Source of the DNA: Amphiscolops sp. MND2022
Taxonomy: Eukaryota
DNA: 64,000 nt
Assembly (NCBI GenBank): GCA_964187785.1
Contig: OZ076420.1
Location: forward strand, 56,730,001-56,794,000
Reading direction: 5' to 3'
Shown here: positions 14,248-24,800 of the stretch, piece by piece
How positions within the stretch are numbered: the first letter of the stretch is position 1
How the letters are laid out: every line of letters begins with the position of its first letter
The notes under the pieces: generated by a model
What the model was told of the DNA's origin: nothing
Seen by the model: only the letters and a program-made list of their open reading frames with translations
Database searches by the model: none
Program-made: the position numbers and the translations under genes

Positions 14248-16260
14248 GTTTTTTACCCGTTTTTCATTTGTTTTTTTTTTAAATTGGTGAGTGAATTTTA
14301 CTCCGCAACATTTTTTTTTCAAATTAAAAGTCCAAAACGCTTTTCGTAGAACCCTGGTAGTTCTAATGTGATGAGCCAACTCAAAACTGAGTTAGATGCA
14401 GCTGTATTCTTCTCAGGTGGTAAAACAATAGCAAAGCATTTCTGCTAGAGTGCTCGCCAGCATGTTTTGCATGCAACCAATAGCGGCTTCGCCTGAATTT
14501 CAAATCTCCGAGGTGAATAATAACAAATTTCACTTGGGCATTTCCTTTCCCGTAGTACTTCGCCGTTACTATTATTCTTCGTGGCCACCTCTTTATTGCC
14601 GCCGCCAATAATTTTCCCTGTATCTAAGAGAACGTTTTGTTTTAACATTAACAGCAGTGTCTTACTCAAACAAGGTTGGTTAGAACGTTAGTCATAGCGC
14701 GACAGTCCTGATTAGGTTTGCATGTCTTTTGTTCACCGATTCTGTTTTGCGCACTGCAACAACAACGAAACCCAAGAAATGGACATCCGCCTGAAACCCC
14801 AAAAGCACCTCATGGAAGTCGTCATGGTGATTTTTGAGAGGAATTCAACACGAAAATAAAAACTTGAAAACAGATTTTATGTTCATCTGAATTGTTTCAT
14901 TTTGATTGTCACTAACTTGTGATGGTCTTTGTTTTTTGCGAGTAGAGTTAGTGTTTTCCCTACAGAAAATTTTCTGACCCATTTAGGGTTACTACGATGA
15001 TGCGTCGTGATTCCTTTTGCACGAGATTCTGTCCTTGTTTTGGCTCCCAGATTTCCAGTTCGAGCCTTCGCCACACGCTTTTTCCCCACCGTTCTTTCCA
15101 CTGCTGCGAGCTCCGGCAAAAAAAAACGATGGAAAGTACAGTTACCGGAGGAAGGAGTTGCGGGCCGCCTCCACAGCGCAGTCAATGAAGACCTCGCTGA
15201 CACCCGTGTCCCGTTGGACGAGCGCCTTTTTGAGAACTCCGATTTGATGGAAACTTGCAAAAATTTTCGTCAACTCGACTCCCTAAAGGACACCGGGCTA
15301 ACAATGCAAGCTTTTGCGATCGGTCCCAAAACTCTGGAAGTTGTTCAGGCGCGGAGTGGCTCCCTGAGTGATACTATGGTAGTCCAACAACTCAAAAAAC
15401 TCCACTTGGCAGGATTCGGCAATACAAAAGTCGCGGAGGGAAAACGTTTCTACAGACATTGTACTCTCTACCCTCGACTCCTGAAGGTCTCGAGCGGGAT
15501 CACTGCTAGGCAGCCCGCTTCATACAGCGTTTCTGTGAAAACACCATCGACTTTTGGAAGTCGATGAGCTGAGAATAATGAATTAACTTTTACCCCTTTT
15601 TCATTTGTGTTTTTTATATTTGGTGAGTGAGTTTTACTTCGCAACAGTTTTTTTCAAGTTAAAAACCCGAAACGCTTTGTGCAGAACCCTGGTAGTTCTA
15701 ATGTGATGAGTCAAAACGAAACTGAGTTAAATGCAGCTGTATTTGTTTCAGATGGTATCAAAACAGTCGGGCAGTTCTGCGAGAGAGCCTGGCCGGCATG
15801 TTTTGCATGCAACCAATAGCGGCTTTGCTTAAATTTCAAATTTACGAGGGAAAGTCATTAAAACTTTACTTGTGCAGTTCTTTTCCTGTAGTACTTCGCC
15901 CTTACAATTGTTCTTCGTTGCTGCCGCTTTATTGCCGCCGCCATTACTTGTCCATCCCCCACTCCTCTTCCCACGTTTTACGTTAGTTCCATTCGCTGTT
16001 TCTTATAGAACATTTTGTTTTAACAATTAACAGCATCGTCTTACTCAAACAAAGTTAGAGCGTTGGTCATAGCGCCACAGTCCTGATTAGTTTTCCATGT
16101 CTATTGTTCACCGTTTCTGCTTTGTGCAGTGCAGCAACAACAAAACCCGAGAAATGAAAATCCAGCTGAAACCCCAAAAACACCTCAAGGAAGCCTTTAC
16201 GTTAATTTGTTAGAGGAATTCAACACGAAACTCTAAACTTGAAATGTTTTTAACGCTCGT
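14130..16260. repeat. Diverged tandem duplication, unit about 1.34 kb (gene A 3' end, spacer, putative minus-strand gene C)
   Basis: ctcgactcctgaaggt near 14136 and 15474; gcatgttttgcatgcaaccaatagcggc near 14460 and 15796; gtcttactcaaacaa near 14659 and 16038. Confidence 0.85.
14997..15567 (+). pseudogene. Unknown gene A family copy (near full length)
   Basis: ORF 15007-15567: KKKRWKVQLPEE..ARLHSAV..PLDERLF..LKDTGL..QAFAIG..KRFY..YPRLLKV. Confidence 0.6.
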
Positions 16261-16324
16261 CTGCATCGTTTTGGTTGATTCTCACTAACTCGTGATGGTC
16301 TATGTTTTTTGCATTTAAAGAGTT

Positions 16325-16570
16325 TTGTGCTTCAGTCAGGGTTACTTTAGACCTACGGTTGTTCGGCGCGGTGATTGTCATAGATGTCTAACGTACATTC
16401 AGAAACTGACTTTCTACTTTTTTGAATTGAAAATCTCAGATGATACTATTCAAATTATGGTGAGGAAATTTGTATCCGAATTTGAACCTTATTTGGTTTT
16501 TGGAAAATACATCCGGAAACAGAAATTGGTGGAAAATTCTCCAGAGACAAAGTCAGTGGGTTTATTATGA
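16325..16570 (+). pseudogene. Unknown small gene D; second copy at about 12940-13110
   Basis: ttctactttttt.aa.ttgaaaatctca.atgatac and tttgaaccttatt are shared between the two loci. Confidence 0.4.
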
Positions 16571-17283
16571 AAATGACTCAACAACTCGATTAGTCTTCTC
16601 ACGATTCTTTCTGGGACTTTTCAAAGTCCCACATTCGTATGGTCCGTGATGGGGTAGAAACATACCCAGTAAAAACATAATCGAGAACAACGGGGCCGCT
16701 ACCGCAACGTACACTGGGTTGCGATTGTTCAAACCTGCTTTTTTTTCCACGGAAGAAGAGTTGACATCTTTTGCAGCATCCTTGGAGCAAGGCTAAAAAA
16801 AACAAGAAAAGCAGCGGAGTTATTTACATTTAACAAGGAACAATTCATGAAAACTCTCGACAGAAGAATACATCTACAAACAAACCAGGTACTAATAACA
16901 TTTATGAACCAGTATAAAAGGCTGACAAATAATTTTATTTCAGGTTCATTTACATATTGGAGCAAAAATGACAAACTATTATAGTAATTTCCCGCGCGCG
17001 CGGTGATTTGTACTACTGCGGCATAATGGCTTTCGTGAGTAACAAAATGAATCAATAAGGCACACGAACAACAATTTCCCGCGCGGCGCGGGGATTTATC
17101 CGCACGAGCAAATATTCTTCCGCGCCGCGCGGGAAAAATTTTGTCGTTTTTTATCAACTAATTGAATTTGAGCTACGAACGACATAGAGTAATCAAACGC
17201 TACAACAGCTCATTATTTCACCTTTCTTGCTAACATTTAAACGCACTCTCATTTTGCTCGAATTCACCGCTTTTCTCTTTCTC

Positions 17284-17288
<5 letters not shown>

Positions 17289-17324
<36 letters not shown>
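17289..17324. repeat. (CT)18 microsatellite
   Basis: Direct reading. Confidence 0.95.
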
Positions 17325-17327
<3 letters not shown>

Positions 17328-17547
17328 CTCCTGTGTTTGACTTGATTCTCGTTTCTTCTCTCCAACTCTACCTCCATTTCTCGATCAAAAACTACAGTGG
17401 GATTTCAACCGAGATAAACTGCAAATTGTTGTTGATTAGAGATTCAAAAAATTAGAAAAAAAACATAGTTCAGAAATTGATTCACATTTTTTTGTAACTT
17501 AATCAACAAAATTGTAGCACATCTTAGTTGAAATTCCACATTAGACA

Positions 17548-17854
17548 ATGTCTTTCAACAACGATATCAGCAGCCCCAGCAACTCCCTTAGCAGCTTGGA
17601 TTTGAGCCTTGCAACTACACCTCGAATGGAAGACGACCCGGAGCTATCGATGTGAGTATGGTTTCTTCAAATACTTTAGGATTTTTCTGTTTTTTCCTCG
17701 ATTGAGCCTAATACACGTCTTGAAAGACAAAAATACTTTTTGCAGCGTTATTGATTCTGCAACATCAGACTCGGCCATTCTGAATCTGGCAACAGTTCTG
17801 CCATCAGAGGAGACAGTGTAGCCCGATAAAATTGATCTAGCTTCTCTGACCGAG
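17548..17854 (+). pseudogene. Two-exon 5' gene fragment with a 94-bp GT-AG intron
   Basis: ATG at 17548, donor gtgagt at 17652, acceptor ttttgcag ending 17745, next donor gtatga at 17855. Splicing keeps the frame (MSFNND...ELSIVIDSATSDS...) with one TAG. Confidence 0.45.
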
Positions 17855-18575
17855 GTATGATTTGTCGTAAGATGGACGGTTAAAATTAGAAGACGACATT
17901 CCATAAGCACAATTTCAAAACTAAACTGTGAAATCGATATCCAGAAGGTTGCACCGAACAGTCAGTTTCTTAATTTTACAACGTTCAAACTAATAATTGG
18001 CTGAAAAAACAGACACGCTGTTGAGTACATTATTAATAGACATGTAAGTTAAAAAACAATCTTAGTTGGATTTCCCGCGCCGCGTGGGAGAAGATCTCTC
18101 TATTTTCCCGCGCCGCGCGGGAAAACAGCTCTTCATTTTAATTTCCTGCGCCGCGCACGGGAAAACAGCCCTTCATTCGAATTTCCCGCGCCGCGCGGGA
18201 AAAAGTTTCTGCCTAGAATTTTAACAAACAATCAACTTAATATTTCCCGCGCCGCGCGGGAAAAAGTTTCTGCCCAGATTTATAACAAAGAATCATATAA
18301 AAAATAGATTTATATTTATATATAAATTTTTTAAAAAAAATTTTTTTATAAAAAAGAATCCGCACCGCGCGGGAAAATGTTTGTGCCTAGATTTTTTAAC
18401 ACACAACCCCAACTGAGCTTTTCCCGCGCCGCGCGGGAAACGTTTGAGCCTGAACTTTCTTACAAACAACTGAATTTTTCCGGCGCGGCGCGGGAAAAAT
18501 TGTAGCTAGATTTTCTAACAAAAAATCCGAATTAAAATTTCTGTATCATACGGAATAACCCATCACCTATTTTTT

Positions 18576-19175
18576 GCCCAACCCTACTGCATAGGGTACC
18601 TCTGTGAGGGGTGATGTGAGGGTCCGGAAAAATTTTTTTTGTCAAAAATTTTTTTGTCTCAAAAGTGCATAAAAACGTTGAAAAAGTTGAAAAAACACGT
18701 TTTTGACGCCAAAATTTTTTGCCCAACCCTACTGCATAGGGTACCCCCTGTGAGGGGTGATGTGAGTGTCCGGAAAAATTTTTTTTGGTCAAAAAATTTT
18801 TTGTCTCAAAATTGCATAAAAACGTTGGAAGAGCTGAAAAAACACGTTCTTGACGCCAAAGTTTTTTTTGCCCAACCCTACTGCATAGGGTACCCCCTGT
18901 GAGGGTCCGGAAAAATTTTTTTTGGTCAAAAATTTTTTTGTCTCAAAATTGCATAAAAACGTTGAAAAAGTTGAAAAAAAAACACGTTTTTGACGCCAAA
19001 AAATTTTTTTGCCCAACCCTACTGCATAGGGTAGCCCCTGTGAGGGGTGATGTGAGGGTCCGGAAAAATTTTTTTGGTTAAAAATTTTTTGTCTCAAAAT
19101 TGCATAAAAACGTTGAAAAAATTGAAAAAACACGTTTTTGACACCAAAAATCTTTTTTGACCAATCCTACTGCTC
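18576..19175. repeat. Minisatellite, about 4 units of 141-149 bp with long A/T tracts
   Basis: gcccaaccctactgcatagggta at 18576, 18721, 18870 and 19011; partial copy at 19159. Confidence 0.95.
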
Positions 19176-19230
19176 CCTGTTGAACACCTCTATAGTTGTT
19201 ATTAGGTGACTTAAGAGCTTTGACGTTTAG

Positions 19231-20298
19231 GTAGCAAAATTTAGTTCCGACCGAGATGTTCAGCAAGTTCTATATGATTACTTCAAGCAAGGCTGTGTCA
19301 ATTTGCGTCATCACGTCAGAGTTTTTCCATATTACGACGGCGACGTTTTCCTTGGGTGTGAAGCCAGAGTGCGCCTGTTAAGATACCCCGACATTGAAAC
19401 AGAAGCGGATATCAGAAAACGCAGCCGCTTCGATGGTTTTTTGAGTACAACTGCTCGCACTGAGCCTGTAGAATGGAAGACTTCGGCAGTGCTGGATAAT
19501 TATAACAAAAGAGGTTTCCAATACACAGTTGTTGGGGTTGACCAATCGGAAATTCGTGCTGACTTCGAAAATTTATTCAACAGGCTTGACTCGGATGATG
19601 ATGATGATGATGACGCTGATGATGACGGCGATGATGATTCTGGCGATGACGATGAAATGTATTACGAAGGTACCGCTAGATCATTAAACCTAATATCTAC
19701 GCAAGATTTATATAAAGGTGTTCGTGTGTTCAAAGTTCTCATCAAAACAGAGAACCATCCGGCAATTGTTCTCGGAGACAGTCGACCGTCACTTGGTTTG
19801 GAAACAATGTCTCCAAATACGCCGGGTCTCCGTTACATGTGGAATGTTTCCCAACATGTTTTGACGAAGAATGATTTCTCTGTGAAGTTTTTACCAATTG
19901 AGGAAGTGACGGATCAACTTGATGATGCCTGGTTCGGGAGGGGTAACAACAGTGGAGTTTTGGAATTCATCCTGGCGATCGATCTGGACCAAGCACTTTT
20001 ACGCTTCGGTTGCAACAACAGGATGTTTGACTACGTGCTGCCGATTGCAAGATATCAGTGGTACACAGTTAGAGTCGACAATGGCAAAACTTGCGAAGCT
20101 TTGATGCTTCTGGAAGTTTTCAACCAGCCTAAAACTCTAAATGGGACATGTTGCCATTATCTTCTTTCAATTTACCAAAGCAAGCTGACGACGTGTTTAG
20201 CAGATTCACTGGAGAAGACGAATTCATCCAACAACTTTTGGATGGTTACTATTTTGAAGTTGCCGGAGACAGGAAGAGCGAGAGAGAACCGATGTTGA
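19231..20298 (+). CDS. Uninterrupted hypothetical ORF with a poly-Asp tract, probable Polinton accessory gene
   Basis: The frame is open from 19231 (track starts at 19303) to 20298. (GAT)n acidic run at about 19590-19655. No family recognised. Confidence 0.55.
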   Translation, partial: VAKFSSDRDVQQVLYDYFKQGCVNLRHHVRVFPYYDGDVFLGCEARVRLLRYPDIETEADIRKRSRFDGFLSTTARTEPVEWKTSAVLDNYNKRGFQYTVVGVDQSEIRADFENLFNRLDSDDDDDDDADDDGDDDSGDDDEMYYEGTARSLNLISTQDLYKGVRVFKVLIKTENHPAIVLGDSRPSLGLETMSPNTPGLRYMWNVSQHVLTKNDFSVKFLPIEEVTDQLDDAWFGRGNNSGVLEFILAIDLDQALLRFGCNNRMFDYVLPIARYQWYTVRVDNGKTCEALMLLEVFNQPKTLNGTCCHYLLSIYQSKLTTCLADSLEKTNSSNNFWMVTILKLPETGRARENRC

Positions 20299-20749
20299 AA
20301 GCAAGGAAAGCGCTTGTTCCAGCTTTTAAACTGACAATCGAGAAACCATTTTTTGCGCATGAACTAGTTTGAATAAATTGTTTGAATTATCTGTGATGAA
20401 GTCTGCTCATAATTGCTGCTCCATTATGAATTATAGCTTGATCAATTCATTTCGACTCTTCCCATCCACATTTCTTTTTTGTTGCAAACAAAAGTCAACT
20501 TCGTTTCCTTTGTAGCTCTTAAGGTCTTTCACTTTGCATTTTTTACTATGATCCTTGTCAACACTACATACTCACCTTTTCCATTCAAAAAGTTTCAACA
20601 GTAAACAACACAAAAACAAAGACAGAGGCGAATCGACGACTTCAAAAATTAAAATCTTGTAATCTGGTGAAATCGTCCTAAAACAACCAGCAGATAGTAT
20701 CTAATAGGTTGTTTCCAAACTTTTCAGAGCTCGAAGTTGAAAAATGACA

Positions 20750-21523
20750 ATGAACTGCCTGTCAACTGTAATTCGGAAACAAAAGCATGAGCGAAAGTCT
20801 GGTTTCTCGGGCACGGACAACAAAGGTCGGGTCTCTTCATGGTAAATATCACCGGAGGCAGATGAAAGTACGCATGACAAGTGGTGGGACATTTCTGAGA
20901 GTCACAATCGCTGGGTCCGAGTAGGTATCAAAACATATGACAATGCCAGCAGTTCTGGTACTTCAACATACATTGGTCTACGTCTACTCAAACCAGACTT
21001 TGATAGTGGTCAGTGGAACCGTCAAAGTCACTTCTCCTTCACAATTGATGAACTGACCTGCTTTGCGACTTGCTTAGGCTTGGGCGACAAGGCCGCAGTA
21101 GAGGTTGCTGAATTAGGTCAAAATGTGCCTCAAGAATTCAATCGGTTTCTCGAAAGTGCTTTGTGTTGTGTTGAAGACATTGATGACACAAGCGGTTCTG
21201 TCTCATCTTTTGTCGGAAAGAAAACGACCGCTCGCAAGAACACCGTTAAAAATGCAGCCATTGGGATCAGGCCTGGAACAAGCTCACAGACTGCAAAAAA
21301 AAGGACCGTCCAGGCAGCGTCGTCATCGACGGTGGTCAATAGTAGAGACGAACACACAATTCTTTCTCAGCACCAAGCAGACATTCACAACCATGGGAAC
21401 GAAGACAAACGTTTCAAGAGCGGGTGCGACGTTGGCTACCGCGTACAAACCCAGATGGATATGGGCCAAGCTGTCGAGATAGACGACAACAAGTTAGAGA
21501 ATGATGATGTCTTCATGAACTAG
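20750..21523 (+). pseudogene. PC4-like ssDNA-binding domain protein with LxCxE motif (one in-frame TAA at 20843)
   Basis: The frame upstream of ORF 21080 reads WDISESHNRWVRVGIKTY...TYIGLRLLKPD...WNRQSHFSFTIDEL, a PC4-like pattern. LCCVE-DIDD lies at 21161-21187. Confidence 0.5.
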
Positions 21524-21886
21524 TTCAAATACTATGGTGATAGTGAAGGAAGCAGAAAAATTGAAAATGAATATCGCAAGTCCAACGAGCGCTTTTTGTA
21601 TTATGGTTTCACCGACTGTTTGCATATAATATTGACTTTATCACTCAAATAAGTATAAATTTACACCGATTTGTAAATGTGTGTGTGACTGTGTGTAGTT
21701 TGATTTCAAGTTTTACATGTTATGCATCTTGTCGTATTGTATTTTTCTGTGTTGTCAATACGTTCTTCCTTGCATTTTGTTTTTTCTTGCAAAAACTCAT
21801 TGGAACAAATGTGTGACGATTTTTCTCAACAACACCGTTCTGGGCCATTGCGGCAATCAACATCCTGTTTCTTTTTCAGCTAATAA

Positions 21887-24800
21887 ATGGCCGCTTTCAG
21901 GCCAGAGAATTTTTATAGTTTCAATCGCATGTCGCTGAGGAGAAGTCTGTTGCGTGCTGCTAGTAGAGATTACGAAGTTTACTTCACAAACATTGAGAGC
22001 GTTTTGGATAAGTTACGGGAAATATTCAACCATATGATAAACACACTGATTTCCGAAATTCAAGAGAATCGTCCGGGTCATGATCACAGAATTCGATTGG
22101 TTCTGAACGCTCCCACGTTGAATTGCCCCATTCATATTCCTTTTTTGTCTGCAGAAGATTTCGATGGAGACATTGTGCTGAATGAAATAGACAGGGTGGT
22201 GAATTCGAATGAATCGTTTGATATAAGTAACAACATTAAAGTCAATGTTCTCAACGTATCGCTACCTACAATGGGTGGAAAGCGGATAGGTGGAATACAA
22301 AACAGAATGGTTCCCGAACAAAAAATCTGTGATTGTGATTAAAAGTGAAAAAAACGAATGTCTATTGGAAGCTCTTGCAATAGCTCTCAAAGTTGAAGAT
22401 CATCATCAAAGTCTACCAGAAAGAAAAACCTACACCTTGATCGCGCTTCCGTGCAAACTAGAGAGATGCAACTTTTCATGTAGAGAATGAAGGCTGGGAA
22501 AAACATTGAGTCTTCGATGAATTTTTCTGTCTCGCTATCAAGGAACAACACAACTCCAGCCTCAGTGAGATCGGAATCAACAGAGGAGGCTCTAAGTCCT
22601 GCAAACCTCTGGTTCTTCGAGACCTCGAGTATGTTGCCACTACATCTTCACTACGGCCTTTTTGTATATCAGTATACGACAGCAACTTCATGGGTACTTT
22701 CCTGATGTGCTACAACAACACTGCAGAAAGACACATTGACCTTCTTTATGACGCCACAAATCGCCATGTGGACGTTATTACATCAATGAAGGGCTTGTTT
22801 GACGCTCGACATTTCTGCTACAGCTGTCATCGTGCTTTTTCGACAATCAAACACTTATGTTCCGCCATCGGTTGCATGCTTTGTAGACAATCGGACTGTT
22901 TAAACAGAACAGGTTTTATCAATACTTCAGCAAGCCTTGTTAATGGGACTGTTTTATTCCAATGTGATCGATGTCATTTGAAATTACGCAGTCTAAATTG
23001 TTTGCAGTGTCATATCAGCTCGGGTGTTTGTCATTTGTACACCCAGTGTCCCTCGTGCAACAACACTGTTCCCAAAGGGGCGTTTTCCAATCGCTTTTGT
23101 TTAAAAAAGCGCTGCAACTTATGTTCCGAATACTACCGGTTCCAAGACCGAAAGCAGAACAGTGGAGCAGTGGTTCCTATTCATCGGTGCTTCGTTCAAC
23201 AGGCCTGTAAGACCAAATTAGAGTGCAGTCAGACAGATATGGCGTACGAAGGAAACACCAACAATGACAGTCCAAGCCTTCAATTCATTCATAGGGACGC
23301 GATTGGTGAGGATGGTCTGGAGAGTAGTGTTGGGGAAGGAAACTCAATCGGGGCAAAAAAGGCAAAACTCACCGTAAAACATGATCGAGAGGTTCGTCAT
23401 TCCCTTGCTAGACGTTCAAATCAGACGCCTCTCGACCGTGATATTTGGATCTTCGATATTGAAACAGATCAAAGTTGTGGCAATCAAGAAGTTCATAAAC
23501 CAATTTTGCTGCTTGCTGAGTCTTTGATTGGAGAACAGACTGTGTATGTTGGATACGAATTTGTCAGCGAATTTTGCCAAGCGGTATTTGGTACTCATGA
23601 AAAAGTGCGAAAAACGGAATGGTTCATTGCTCATTTTGGAAGTGGATTCGATTTCTTACCATTTCTAGAATGGTTATTCAAACAGCACAAGTATATTCCA
23701 GAAGTTCTCTTGAGAGGTAACAAAGTGGTTTCAATGCGAGTGGGCAACAAGAGGTTTATTGACTCCTATCTGTTCATACTTATCCCTTTATCCAAGTTCA
23801 CTTCAACATTCAACCTGAGAGAACTGAAGAAAGGGTATTTCCCCCACTATCTAACTTCCTCAGAAGCGCTATATCCCGATTCCAGGGAAAAAATTCACAG
23901 CTTTCAAAACTGTGTAAAAGGAGTCAATTGCCGTCTCCGCCAACATATATCTAGAGATTTTAGTCATTGAAACTCTTTTTTGCAACATTTTTTTGCAACA
24001 CGACTGCAAGCTCATCACTGGCACACAATAATACAGTTGACGATGACTTTGCTTTCAAATCTGGGCAGTTTCCGCCAGCATGTCTGTACGCAATCAACTC
24101 AATGAAAGGCGGACAAAATGTCAAAAAATTCTTGGAATGGCACACAACACAGAAACGATACTACAAAGAAAACTCCAAAACTTTCAATTTTGAACAAGAA
24201 TTGATATCTTACTGTGAATCGGATGTCAAGCTTTTGAAGGAAGATGTTTAGAATATCGTAGGATGATTTTACTTGCGGAGAAATAGATCCTTTCGAAGTT
24301 GCATGTACCGCTGCTTCTGCCTGTAACTTCATCTACAGGCAACTTCTCATGCCAAAACACTCAATTGCGATTTTACCGAATCACGGTTACACTGGAAATG
24401 AGCTAACTTCATTTCATGCTGCTTTATTGATGACTTGGATCGAAAAAATGCTTGGGAGACTCTTGAAACCAATCAGATTTTTGTGAAATGAGACTTTACA
24501 AATCCGGAGGTGGCTCAAAAAAGGCAGAGGAAAGGAACAGACACTAGGTTCCTTCAAAGTGGCTTTTGCTTCTGAGGAGAAGCAGCACAAACTCTGATAA
24601 TGCCACAACTTCAAAAAATCACAAGAAAATGATACATCTTTCCATTGTTTTGGAACTTTTTGGGTGCTATTATCATGGATGTCCGACTTGTTATCCCAAC
24701 CGGATTGAGATCAACAAAAAACGCAATGGTATGTCAATGCATGATTTATATACAACAACTGTTGTGGATCGACTCAATTGGCTGCATCTGCAGACCCAGA

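Larger units (their letters stand above)
16988..18496. repeat. Array of 11 GC-rich quasi-palindromes TTTCCCGCGCCGCGCGGGAAA (3 left, 8 right) bracketing a ~900-bp insert
   Basis: Copies near 16988, 17075, 17118, 18071, 18104, 18143, 18182, 18244, 18359, 18419 and 18476; spacing about 33-62 bp or multiples. Confidence 0.9.

Noticed and set aside
17289-17324. (CT)n as a Polinton terminus
   Set aside because: No matching (AG)n start, long TIR or 6-bp TSD found in the window.
18071-18496. CRISPR-like array (palindromic repeats with spacers)
   Set aside because: Spacers resemble each other and vary from about 12 to 95 bp; no cas genes; eukaryotic context.
18532-19266. Short ORFs on both strands
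   Set aside because: Translations of the minisatellite.
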